In this document: positions 19,407 to 28,452 of the stretch, piece after piece
How positions within the stretch are numbered: the stretch's first letter is position 1
Layout: each line of letters opens with the position of its first letter
Source of the DNA: Chitinivibrionales bacterium
GTDB lineage: Bacteria > Fibrobacterota > Chitinivibrionia > Chitinivibrionales > JANQEN01
Direction: 5' to 3'
Assembly: GCA_028278335.1 (NCBI GenBank)
Contig: JANQEN010000192.1
Coordinates: 30,881-94,880, forward strand
DNA length: 64,000 nucleotides
Notes under the pieces: model-generated
Databases searched by the model: none
What the model was told of the DNA's origin: nothing
The model's input: the letters and a program-made list of their open reading frames with translations, nothing else
Made by a program: the position numbers and the translations under genes

Positions 19407-20291
19407 ATGGCTTTCCTCTATCGACTGACATATATTCTACTGGTAGCTCTTTATTTTCCTGTTCTGAGTAATATCTCTTTACTTGGTAATGTGCCTGAGG
19501 GATTTACTACTCAAAAAATGGAAAAAGAGTACCAAAGAATAACAGCCATGCTCTCTTTGGTGCCTCATGAAGATTCTATTCCGGTTGCAATTCATTTTTA
19601 TTCCTCTGCTAGGGCACAAAAAACGAAGTATCCCCTTCCGGATTGGGGTGTTGGCGCGGCTATTGGATTCAATGAGATCGTTGTTTTCACTGATAAAAAG
19701 CCCTTTTTAGAGCACAACCTCTATCAAACAACGGTCCATGAAATGGTGCATATAGTGCTCAATCGACAATACCCAAAGCTCAATATTCCCCGATGGTTTC
19801 ATGAAGGAGTGGCAATGACTCTCTCTGGAGAGGCGTCTGAGCGCGAAGCAATTGTGGTGTCCCGGGCTCTCTTTATGGGATCGCTCATGCCCCTTGCTTC
19901 GATTGACTCAGTAAATTCCTTTGGACGGTTTCGGGCCGAGCTTGCCTATTCGCAAAGTAGGCTTGTTGTGGACTATTTGATTGATACCTATGGCATTGAG
20001 CTTTTAGGGGAGATACTTTCTGCAGCGCAACAATCAGGATCATTTTGGGCTGGGGTCAAGGTGATTCTTCAACACTCAGAACCAGAGATTGAGGCCTATT
20101 ATCGTAAGCATGTTCTGACTCACCATGGAAAATTTTTATGGCTTTTAGACCAGTACCTCTTTTGGATTGGAATTCTCTTTCTTTTTTTAATTGGCTATGT
20201 TGTTACCCGCTATCGATTGAAACGGAAAAAGGAAGCCCTGGCCAAGCTTGAGGAATTAGAGTCTCTTAATACTGTAAAAGAAGATCCTTAA
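19407..20291 (+). CDS. Peptidase MA-like (gluzincin) metalloprotease with a C-terminal TM helix
   Basis: HEMVH zinc motif followed by PRWFHEGVA; signal peptide; C-terminal hydrophobic helix. Confidence 0.8.
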   Translation: MAFLYRLTYILLVALYFPVLSNISLLGNVPEGFTTQKMEKEYQRITAMLSLVPHEDSIPVAIHFYSSARAQKTKYPLPDWGVGAAIGFNEIVVFTDKKPFLEHNLYQTTVHEMVHIVLNRQYPKLNIPRWFHEGVAMTLSGEASEREAIVVSRALFMGSLMPLASIDSVNSFGRFRAELAYSQSRLVVDYLIDTYGIELLGEILSAAQQSGSFWAGVKVILQHSEPEIEAYYRKHVLTHHGKFLWLLDQYLFWIGILFLFLIGYVVTRYRLKRKKEALAKLEELESLNTVKEDP

Positions 20292-21474
20292 GAGCCAAGG
20301 CAATCGCGACAAGTTTGTTACAGTCGACAATGTCTGGTGTGTCTTTTGGAGTGTGCGTAAACTCTGCCATCAGCTCGGGCATCAACTCGGAGGTAATAGC
20401 AATGGTTGGCCGATTTTGCTGTGCAAAAATCATATGATCACCCTGATACCATTGATCTCCAGCTAATAAGGAGGAGTGCTGAGAAAAAATTGACTCCACC
20501 AGCTTTTGTTCTTCCTCAGAGCAGGCATAGAAAGAGTAGGCACTGTTCCCCTTTACAAAACCGGCATCATCAATATTGATTGCTAAGGCAATCGATGAGA
20601 GCCTATCCCTATATCGTTTGAGATAATCCATCTGTCCACCGGCACTGTAATAATCCTCGCCATTAAAGGCGATGATTTCCAGACTAAATCGACCTTGATA
20701 CTCCTTAAGCATTTCAGCAAGAAGAAGCAAAACTGCCGTGCCTGCAGCATTGTCCGATGCTCCTGGTGTGTTACCTCGGGCATCAATGTGTGCACAGACA
20801 AGAATTTTTTCTGACTGTATACCTTTTTTTGATGCAATTACATTGCAGGCGGTTTCCGGAATCCGTTTTGCATCAGAAAAGAGATGTGCTGTATCACCAC
20901 GATAATGAGCAAGTTCCTCACCTAAAGCATCGGTACAGTATACCGAGGGGATGTCAAAATCTCCATCTTCGATCATAGGGAAGGGGTATTCACCACCAAC
21001 TAATTCGGGATTTTTCCCTGTGGCGGTGATTATTGCCTGTGGTGCCTTGCTTTCCAGAAGCGAGTATATCCTTTTGTGATGATCTGGATTGTAAAAAACA
21101 AAGTTCTTTGGCATGAGTTGCTCTTTGCAAAGATCACCATAAAGTAAAAGGATTCTATCTTTTCCATGGCACTGCTCTAATGCTTCAACAGAGGAGACTG
21201 GTTCAAGCGTAGCCTCGATGTTGCATCCTAAAGAGAAGGGGCTTACGTGCATAGGATACGTATCATTGCCAATAGTCAAGACTGCTTTGCTCGCGGTAAA
21301 ATCGAGACAGGGAAAGGTCGTTTGGTCTAAGTTGTAGCCAAAGGACGCTATGATTTTGGCAAAATAGTCGGTTGCAGCTTTGTTCCCGGCTGAGCCGGTC
21401 CTGCGATTCGGCTTAACGGAACATAAAAAGTTTAAATAATCCAGTGCTTTCGCAGCATAGTATTCATTGTTCAT
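20266..21474 (-). CDS. M28 family aminopeptidase with a PA-like insertion
   Basis: CAHID, GASDNAAG, FNGED, INID, GDHMIF and HTPKD motifs. Confidence 0.88.
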   Translation of the reverse strand: MNNEYYAAKALDYLNFLCSVKPNRRTGSAGNKAATDYFAKIIASFGYNLDQTTFPCLDFTASKAVLTIGNDTYPMHVSPFSLGCNIEATLEPVSSVEALEQCHGKDRILLLYGDLCKEQLMPKNFVFYNPDHHKRIYSLLESKAPQAIITATGKNPELVGGEYPFPMIEDGDFDIPSVYCTDALGEELAHYRGDTAHLFSDAKRIPETACNVIASKKGIQSEKILVCAHIDARGNTPGASDNAAGTAVLLLLAEMLKEYQGRFSLEIIAFNGEDYYSAGGQMDYLKRYRDRLSSIALAINIDDAGFVKGNSAYSFYACSEEEQKLVESIFSQHSSLLAGDQWYQGDHMIFAQQNRPTIAITSELMPELMAEFTHTPKDTPDIVDCNKLVAIALALKDLLLQY

Positions 21475-22024
21475 GAGTCACACCCTTCTTTTTTTTGACA
21501 TCTAAAAGCGCTGAATCAACCCAGGCAATCTCTCCTTTGAGCAAGTACATTGGTCGTGAGGCAACATGAAACCGGTGGTCTGGACAGCCCGACTTCTTTA
21601 GAAAATGCAAAAGCTCTTTGTATCCTTCAATCTTTTTTAAAAGGTTTTCGCGATAGGCGGTAAGACAGTCTAATATCTTTTTGTCTGGAAGTAGATCACT
21701 ATTGTAGGTACCAATATCTATCTGCCATCGAATATGCTCAGGTTCGCGAAGAAGTTTTTTGAGGGTTTGCCGTAAAGCTCGCTTGCCCTTTGGGCTTATT
21801 GTGTAAAATGTTCGTAGACGATTCTCTTCACTTACTTTGTTGGTTTTCGTGGCAAAGCCCTCTTTGTGGAGCTTTCGTAATACCTTATAAATCGATGACA
21901 TGGATAATTCTGTCCAGAATCGCATATCTCGATATTGGACTTCCTGTTCAATCTGATAGGGATACATGGGTTTTTCTGATAGAAGCCCTAACAGTGCAGC
22001 TTCTGCATTGCTAAGAGGTGGCAT
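21464..22024 (-). CDS. PadR-family transcriptional regulator
   Basis: LLGLLSEKPMYPYQI...SSIYKVLRKL...RTFYTISPKG; overlaps the start of the M28 peptidase. Confidence 0.88.
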   Translation of the reverse strand: MPPLSNAEAALLGLLSEKPMYPYQIEQEVQYRDMRFWTELSMSSIYKVLRKLHKEGFATKTNKVSEENRLRTFYTISPKGKRALRQTLKKLLREPEHIRWQIDIGTYNSDLLPDKKILDCLTAYRENLLKKIEGYKELLHFLKKSGCPDHRFHVASRPMYLLKGEIAWVDSALLDVKKKKGVTHEQ

Positions 22025-22036
22025 TGGTGCTCCTTA

Positions 22037-22088
22037 ATATTGCTGTTGTCCAATATAATAAAATAATGATATTGTATAAGTACAATAT
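22037..22088. promoter_or_regulatory. Two ATATTG-N8-CAATAT palindromes, putative PadR operators
   Basis: Copies at 22037-22056 and 22069-22088, directly upstream of padR. Confidence 0.55.
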
Positions 22089-22180
22089 AGTATTGTAACA
22101 ATACAAAATCAAATTTAAATTTAATTGTTGATGTTTGATGTTGTTTGGATAAAAAAAGTAAGAAAGGACGGTTTAACAAT

Positions 22181-22217
22181 ACGCATGCCCTTCTTTTGAT
22201 TAAAGAAGGGCATGCGT
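22181..22217. terminator. Strong hairpin downstream of the M1 peptidase (probable terminator)
   Basis: ACGCATGCCCTTCTTT-tgatt-AAAGAAGGGCATGCGT, a 16-bp perfect stem. Confidence 0.7.
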
Positions 22218-22230
22218 TAGCTTCTTTGAG

Positions 22231-24009
22231 TTAAGCATTTAATTCTAAAAGTTGCTCTAATCCAGCCTTTGCAATAGGATGATAGGATTCTGCATGTTTG
22301 GTAAAAATTGTTCGAGCTTGATCCTTTGTGTTTTTGTTATTGTAGAGAGCTTTGTAAAGCGGCTTAAGGAATTTCATTCGTCCCATGGAGCCAAGGAATG
22401 TGTCAATGCGCTTAAAAGCTGGTTCATAAGAGGAGGTTGCTGCAATAGTTAGCCAGGAACTAAGTATTTCAACATTTTTGGTGTCGCTGAGATCGAAAGT
22501 GGTTTCTAGCCATTCGCACTCGTCAATATCAAGTTTTTTGGGGAGTCCCTGCAGGTAGATTTGCCACAACTCTGCACTCCAGTTGTCGGTGTCCTCTTTC
22601 GTTGGGCGTGATCCCTGTGACCATCCCTTTGCAAGAGCCTGCGTTGTGGTGAGCTCGTCGCTTTTAAAGGTTGGACTATTTTTGGGAATTCCCGGGCCCT
22701 GTATCCACTTTTTAGCATTAATCTTCTGTTGAACTCCTGGCAAAGTGCTCTCAAGAAAGGATTCAAACTCTTCTGTGGAGATAGAGGTAAAACCAAAGGT
22801 GTCTATATAGCTACGAATGAACTGGTCAAAACGCTCACGGCCAACAGTCTGCTCTAAAAGGGAGACGAAGAGGAAGCCCTTTTCATAGGGCACCACCGAA
22901 TAGACTTCGTCGGGATCGGTACCGGAAAGGTCGGTTTCTAAATGGGTGTAGGGAGAGTCTTCACCAAAACGTTCAATGTCATTAAGTAAGCCATTAAAGC
23001 CAATTGCTGCGGCCAGTGCTTTGGCATTTTTCCCAGAGAGACGCTCTAAGATCCGCCGTTCTGCCCAAACTGTAAACCCTTCATTAAGCCAGAAATCATT
23101 CATGGTTGCATTGGTGACCAGGTTGCCTGTCCAGGAGTGAGCCAGCTCGTGGGCAAGTACATTGACAAGAGAACGATCACCAGCAAGAAGTGTGGGTGTT
23201 AAAAAGGTGAGACGGGGATTTTCCATACCACCGTAGGGGAAGGAGGGTGGCATGACGATAAAATCAAAACGCTCCCATTTGTAAGGGCCAAAGAGTTCCT
23301 CTGCTGCTTTTAGCATCGCGTCAACTTCAGCAAATTCCCAGGCCGACGCTTCGATAAGCTCGGGTTCTGCATACACACAGGAACGAGGACCAAGCTCCTT
23401 AGACACGATGTCTCCTACAGCAATAGCTAAAAGGTAGGAGGGGATCGGTTGGGGCATGGAAAAGGAATAGGTGCAAACATTTTTGTCGTTGGATTCCTTT
23501 TTTATTCCTGGGGCTGCTGACATAACCGCTGTAAGCTTCTTTGGAATGGTCACTTCGGCAGTATAACTAAAGCGTACTTTGGGGCTGTCCTGAATTGGAA
23601 GCATAGCGCGAGCGTGAATTGGCTGGCACTGACTAAACATATAGGGATGTACTTTACCAGAGGTCTGTTGAGGTGCAAGCCACTGAAGCGCTGATGCCTG
23701 AGGAGAAGTGCTATAGGTGATAGCAATTTTTTGTGTCCCCTTAGAATATTTGATCCGCAGTCGTTCTCCCATAAAGCTCTCTGTTTCATTAAGCTCCCAG
23801 GGGAGTGCATTGCCGCTTCCATCGACAATGGCTTCGATAAAAAGGTCGCGGGTGTCAAGATCAAGGAAACCTTCTGATGCATTTTCAAGTGTCAAGGTGG
23901 CTGTGCCAACAAGTCGTGTTTTGCCAAAGTCGACAGTGATAGTCCAATCCAAATGAGTAATAATTCCCTGGCTTAAATCGGTGTAGGAGTGCGGGTCTAC
24001 TCTTCCCAT
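22231..24009 (-). CDS. M1 family aminopeptidase, leukotriene A4 hydrolase-like
   Basis: DPHSY start, SQCQPIHAR, GGMEN, HELAH-x18-E (WLNEG), VPYEKG and C-terminal GRMKF. Confidence 0.92.
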   Translation of the reverse strand: MGRVDPHSYTDLSQGIITHLDWTITVDFGKTRLVGTATLTLENASEGFLDLDTRDLFIEAIVDGSGNALPWELNETESFMGERLRIKYSKGTQKIAITYSTSPQASALQWLAPQQTSGKVHPYMFSQCQPIHARAMLPIQDSPKVRFSYTAEVTIPKKLTAVMSAAPGIKKESNDKNVCTYSFSMPQPIPSYLLAIAVGDIVSKELGPRSCVYAEPELIEASAWEFAEVDAMLKAAEELFGPYKWERFDFIVMPPSFPYGGMENPRLTFLTPTLLAGDRSLVNVLAHELAHSWTGNLVTNATMNDFWLNEGFTVWAERRILERLSGKNAKALAAAIGFNGLLNDIERFGEDSPYTHLETDLSGTDPDEVYSVVPYEKGFLFVSLLEQTVGRERFDQFIRSYIDTFGFTSISTEEFESFLESTLPGVQQKINAKKWIQGPGIPKNSPTFKSDELTTTQALAKGWSQGSRPTKEDTDNWSAELWQIYLQGLPKKLDIDECEWLETTFDLSDTKNVEILSSWLTIAATSSYEPAFKRIDTFLGSMGRMKFLKPLYKALYNNKNTKDQARTIFTKHAESYHPIAKAGLEQLLELNA

Positions 24010-24209
24010 GGGTTCCTCCCTGTATGGTATGGTGTGATAAATTTTTAGTGCCTTACTGCCTTAATATAGCCTTAAAAATTGGTGCGGTGCAAGGTGGGCT
24101 CTTTGGTTTCCTAATAAAAAACTGCTTTAATAGTAGGTATGCCCATTATATATTACCGATAACTTAAATAAATCATTAAAACGTCATTTCGTGAATAGAT
24201 GTAACTGCA

Positions 24210-24986
24210 ATGATGAGAGTAAAAACAAATTGCTTAATTTTTCTTTTGATACTTTTTGGAATCACAATTTCTGTTAGTGGCTCCATACTCAAGTCAGAAC
24301 CTACTGGTCCCATTAATGATTTTGCTGGGTTTCTCAATGCGCGCACCAATGCCTCCTTAGATTTGCTGTGTAACTCGGTTTTTAAAAAAACCGGTGTGGC
24401 TATGGTTTTAGCTACCGCCGCATCTTTAGAAGGCAATGATGTTGATGATATGGCAAATCGACTGTATGAAGCATGGGGAATTGGGAAAAAGGGTGTGGAC
24501 GAAGGTGTGCTCGTTCTTTTAGCAATGAAGGAGCGAAAAATTCGCATCGAGGTTGGCTATGGATCCGAAGGGTATATAACCGATCTTATGGCAAGTCAAA
24601 TTCGCCAAAATGCAACGAATCGATACCTTGCGCAGAATAGGTGGGATGAGGGCATTACCCTCATATTTCTTTCCCTCACCCAGTTGATTGCAAAGGAGAA
24701 GGGCTATACCATGGAGGAGCTTGTTCCCTCCAGTCATCGTATGGCTGTCTCACCAAAACAGGTAGAAAGTCGCCCCTTTGGCTTTGTGCGGGGACTCTTT
24801 TTTATACTCTTTATTCTATTTCTTCTGGGGACCCCCATGGGTCGAGCCATGCTCCCCTGGCTGTTGCTCTCCGCTATGAGTGGCTCACGCCGCTCCTCCT
24901 TTGGAGGAGGTGGCTTTGGCGGCGGCGGATTTGGTGGCTTTGGCGGTGGCATGAGCGGTGGTGGTGGATCCAGTGGAAGTTTCTAA
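24210..24986 (+). CDS. TPM-domain (YgcG-like) membrane protein with Gly-rich tail
   Basis: INDFAG, WGIGKKG-DEGVL, RIEVGYG and C-terminal FGGFGGGMSGGGGSSGSF. Confidence 0.9.
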   Translation: MMRVKTNCLIFLLILFGITISVSGSILKSEPTGPINDFAGFLNARTNASLDLLCNSVFKKTGVAMVLATAASLEGNDVDDMANRLYEAWGIGKKGVDEGVLVLLAMKERKIRIEVGYGSEGYITDLMASQIRQNATNRYLAQNRWDEGITLIFLSLTQLIAKEKGYTMEELVPSSHRMAVSPKQVESRPFGFVRGLFFILFILFLLGTPMGRAMLPWLLLSAMSGSRRSSFGGGGFGGGGFGGFGGGMSGGGGSSGSF

Positions 24987-24997
24987 GGAATAATACA

Positions 24998-25723
24998 ATG
25001 AAGAAAATTAAAAATCCAAATGACATAGTGTCTCCCTTGGTACAGGATTATCAGGAAGTTTTTAAGGACGCTATTTTAAGCCTGATTATGTATGGCAGTG
25101 CGGTAACCCATGAATACAGACCGGGAATTTCTGATATAAACATTGCCATTGTGTTAACGGATAATTCGATTGCGACAGTGGCTCCAAGTATTCCTTTACA
25201 AAAAAAGTGGGCAAAGAGCGGTGTGGCTACACCTTTTTTTATGACTCAAGCGTACATTACCAGCTCCTTAGACACTTACCCCGTAGAGTTTTTAGATATG
25301 CAGTCCAATTATCGAGTGCTTTACGGAGAGGATATTTTACAAAATCTTGAGATCAAACATGAACATATCCGACTGCAATGCGAGCGTGAACTTAAAAGTG
25401 TGGCAATTCACCTTCGTCGTTCCTTTGTACAGTGTATGGGTAATAATAAGCTGTTAGCTTCCTTGCTATCGGTATCGCTTCGGCGATTAATCCCCATATT
25501 TAAGGGTTTGTTGGTGCTTAAGGAAAAGACTATCCCTAAATCAAAGAGCTCGATTATTTCGGCTGTGGAGGATGTCTATAATTTAGGAGCATCCTCTCTT
25601 TCTGAGGTGTTGAATGCACAGGAGAAAAAGCTTGCCTATTATGATACGCTTTTTGATGACTATGCAAAAGATATTGATCGATTAACTGAAGAGGTAGATA
25701 CTCTGACTCATAAGGAGCAATAA
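24998..25723 (+). CDS. Pol-beta-like nucleotidyltransferase-fold protein
   Basis: LIMYGSAV...SDINIAIVL motif and DTYPVEFLDM. Confidence 0.75.
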   Translation: MKKIKNPNDIVSPLVQDYQEVFKDAILSLIMYGSAVTHEYRPGISDINIAIVLTDNSIATVAPSIPLQKKWAKSGVATPFFMTQAYITSSLDTYPVEFLDMQSNYRVLYGEDILQNLEIKHEHIRLQCERELKSVAIHLRRSFVQCMGNNKLLASLLSVSLRRLIPIFKGLLVLKEKTIPKSKSSIISAVEDVYNLGASSLSEVLNAQEKKLAYYDTLFDDYAKDIDRLTEEVDTLTHKEQ

Positions 25724-25727
25724 GACA

Positions 25728-26291
25728 ATGAAAAAAGGAACTAAAAACCTGCTAATTATTGGTGCGATTTTACTGGTTGTTGTGTTGATGTTACGAAATG
25801 TAAACAACAATCTTGTGGTGCTTGACGAGGCGGTAAATGCAGCTTGGGCACAGGTTGAAAACCAACTACAACGCCGTTTTGACCTTATACCTAATTTAGT
25901 TAATACCGTTAAGGGTTATGCGGAGCATGAAAAAGAGGTTCTTACCGCAGTCACCAATGCACGGTCTCGGGTAGGATCTGCTGAGAGTATTCCCGATAAG
26001 ATCGATGCCAACCGACAGTTAACCTCTGCCTTGGGACGTCTATTGGTTGTGATGGAGAACTATCCTAATCTTAAGGCTGATCAGAGTTTTTTGGCATTGC
26101 AGTCTCAATTAGAGGGAACGGAAAATCGAATTTCTGTAGAGCGACGTAGGTACAATGAAGCAACCCGTGCATATAATACTGCAATCCGTCGTTTTCCCAG
26201 TAGTATTTTTGCCAATATTCTTGGTTTTCAACGAAAGCCCTTTTTTGAGGCAGCCGAAGGCGCGGACAAAGCTCCGGAAGTTAAGTTTTAA
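25728..26291 (+). CDS. lemA: LemA family protein
   Basis: AWAQVENQLQRRFDLIPNLV-TVKGYA-HE, ENYPNLKA and LEGTENRI motifs. Confidence 0.93.
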   Translation: MKKGTKNLLIIGAILLVVVLMLRNVNNNLVVLDEAVNAAWAQVENQLQRRFDLIPNLVNTVKGYAEHEKEVLTAVTNARSRVGSAESIPDKIDANRQLTSALGRLLVVMENYPNLKADQSFLALQSQLEGTENRISVERRRYNEATRAYNTAIRRFPSSIFANILGFQRKPFFEAAEGADKAPEVKF

Positions 26292-26293
26292 TT

Positions 26294-26530
26294 TAAACCA
26301 AAAAATCTCAGTTGCCTGCGGTAAACCGCTGTTTCCCTTGCCACTACTGGCACTCCGAAAATACTCGACATATCTTCAGGTGATATGCCTGCGTTTTTCG
26401 AAAGCACAAGATTTATAATAGACTGTTGCCGAAGGCAACTTTTACCTTCTGCTTAAGAATGAAATGACAATACCATTAGTGACAAGAACTTAGACCGGTT
26501 TCCTCACATTCAACTGAGATGTTTAGGTTA
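26294..26530. mobile_element. MITE-like palindromic repeat, family 2 (single copy here)
   Basis: Terminal IRs AACCAAAAAATCTCAGTTG / CAACTGAGATGTTTAGGTT flanked by TA-rich bases; central hairpin CGAAAA..CATATC-ttcaggt-GATATG..TTTTCG; lies between the lemA stop and its terminator. Confidence 0.65.
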
Positions 26531-26540
26531 AAGTATAGTT

Positions 26541-26578
26541 TGTGTCTGGTTACTCAGTGTAATCAGACACACTTTTTT
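26541..26578 (+). terminator. Intrinsic terminator of the TPM-lemA operon
   Basis: TGTGTCTGGTTAC-tcagt-GTAATCAGACACA then CTTTTTT. Confidence 0.75.
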
Positions 26579-26652
26579 AATAAAGAGTAGACCTATCAAT
26601 ACTTTCGATTGACATGTTTTTATGAACTGCAGATGTAAATAGAGGAAGTGTT

Positions 26653-28284
26653 TTAGAAGTCAAGCTCGATAAAGTCGTCTTCCTTAACCTCTTGAACAGG
26701 AGCCACACCTGTTCCTTCAAAGCCAAAGACCTGTGGGTGTTCATCAATGATCATAAGGGCGAGCATGCGAGGAATGTACTCATTGGTCTCTTCAGCTAAA
26801 TAGCCCATGCGATAGATGTACCAAAAATCGCGGTTACGCATGGGATCTTCGATTTTGCGTAGTGCACCTCGGACTCGTCCCTCTCCAGCGTTGTAGGCAG
26901 CCATAGCAAGCATGATCGAGCTTTTGCCTCCAAACTCGGCAATGAGATCCTTAAAATATTCAGCAGCGGCAAAGGTTGCCTTTCGAGGATTGCATCGCTC
27001 GTCAATGTTGTTATTTACCTTAAGGCCATATCGTCTACCGGTGGCTGGCATAAATTGCCAGAGTCCCCGTGCTCCAGCGTGGCTTAGGGCTTTTGGGTTG
27101 AATCCACTTTCCAGCATTGATATATAGGCTAACTCAAGGGGAAGCTTTTTATCCTGAAAAATTTCGCGAATCATCGGGAAGTATTGGTCTTTACGTTTAA
27201 GATAACGCCCAATGGTTCTTTTGAGTCGACCCGAGTAAATAGAAATGTGATATTTAACTCGTTCAGTCATTGTGGGGGGAATATGATAGTCGGTTTCACC
27301 AAATCGCTTCATGATTCCTGCGATATAGCGCTCTGTATCATCGGTGTAAAATTTTTCTACATCCTCTTCGTTAAGTTCTTCTTTTACGGTGGCCAATTGT
27401 TTTTTTGTTGATTCCAACTCTTTAATCAATTTTGCCAAAAGCAGTTTATTTGCCTCTGGGTCGGTATTGGCCTCAAAGATTTTTTGTTCATAGGAGTCAA
27501 GCTGGTCTTCTAAGCTCATACCTTTATTAAGAATCTGTTTATAGTGAAGCATCCGGACGGACAAGAAGGCGATAGTAATCAACGATAGTGCAGCAATCGA
27601 ACTGACAATCCAGATCCAACGCTTATGGCTCTTCTTCTTTGCTCCATAGGCACTGGCAAGAAGAGTAGATTGTGCCTCATTGAGATTGCCCCGATCAAGG
27701 ATTTTTTCTAGGCGCTTTTTATTTTTCATCAAGGAGTGCATGTCATCGGCTTGAATCCGATTGTCAACCAGCTTACGCTCGATGTCCATTGTCATAGAAG
27801 CGGCTGAACCAATAAAGGGATTGTCTTTTCTTGTGCCAGGGCCGGATGTCTTAATTGAATCAACCGTTGATGTGGTTGGTGGTTTTTTCGTTATAGAGGG
27901 GCCGCTATTTTCTAATGTGCGAGCACGGGTGTCTTCTCCAGGAATATTGTTGGTTGGAGCCATTAAGTCGAGTTGACTTTCTGAGACTACAAGAAGAAGT
28001 CTGGGACCCTTCATACCAAAACCAATGCTGTCACCCTTTACTACTTCATGCTCTTCAATCTTTATATCATTAAGATAGGTCCCATTGGTACTTTGCATGT
28101 CTTGAATGGAAATGGTATCCTCTGTTTTGTATACAATTGCATGATGACCAGACACGGTCTTTTCTGCAGAGTGAAGTGTTATGGTATTGGATGAGCTTCT
28201 GCCAATACTAATGGCACCATCCTTTAGAAGATAGCGTTTTCCCTTTTCAATTCCCCGGGTTATTTCAAGGTAGTAGTAAGACAT
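26653..28284 (-). CDS. Fusion of FHA domain, TM helix, coiled coil and MltD-type lytic transglycosylase
   Basis: FHA motifs IGR, VSGHHA, STNGT; TM WIWIVSSIAALSLITIAFLSV; SLT motifs MLESGFNP, GLWQFMPATG, AAYNAGEG. Confidence 0.88.
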   Translation of the reverse strand: MSYYYLEITRGIEKGKRYLLKDGAISIGRSSSNTITLHSAEKTVSGHHAIVYKTEDTISIQDMQSTNGTYLNDIKIEEHEVVKGDSIGFGMKGPRLLLVVSESQLDLMAPTNNIPGEDTRARTLENSGPSITKKPPTTSTVDSIKTSGPGTRKDNPFIGSAASMTMDIERKLVDNRIQADDMHSLMKNKKRLEKILDRGNLNEAQSTLLASAYGAKKKSHKRWIWIVSSIAALSLITIAFLSVRMLHYKQILNKGMSLEDQLDSYEQKIFEANTDPEANKLLLAKLIKELESTKKQLATVKEELNEEDVEKFYTDDTERYIAGIMKRFGETDYHIPPTMTERVKYHISIYSGRLKRTIGRYLKRKDQYFPMIREIFQDKKLPLELAYISMLESGFNPKALSHAGARGLWQFMPATGRRYGLKVNNNIDERCNPRKATFAAAEYFKDLIAEFGGKSSIMLAMAAYNAGEGRVRGALRKIEDPMRNRDFWYIYRMGYLAEETNEYIPRMLALMIIDEHPQVFGFEGTGVAPVQEVKEDDFIELDF

Positions 28285-28452
28285 AAATATAGAAGACCAG
28301 GTTAATTTTTAAGATAGAATAGCTTAAATATATAATGTGTTCTATTTTTGAACCATATAGGAATAATATCGCACCGCATCAATCAAGTCAATAGGGTAGT
28401 AAATGATGTGATGAGATTCAACCACAAATGATTTGAAATCATTCATAAAAAA

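Noticed and set aside
12463-24009. Four metallopeptidases (M16C, MA-like, M28, M1) within 12 kb as a single system
   Set aside because: They lie on different strands and transcription units, separated by murA and terminators; nothing indicates co-regulation.
28330-28452. TGA read-through or frameshift extending the CHASE2 protein
   Set aside because: Read-through adds only about 36 residues with no domain character, and no SECIS-like or slippery signal is evident.
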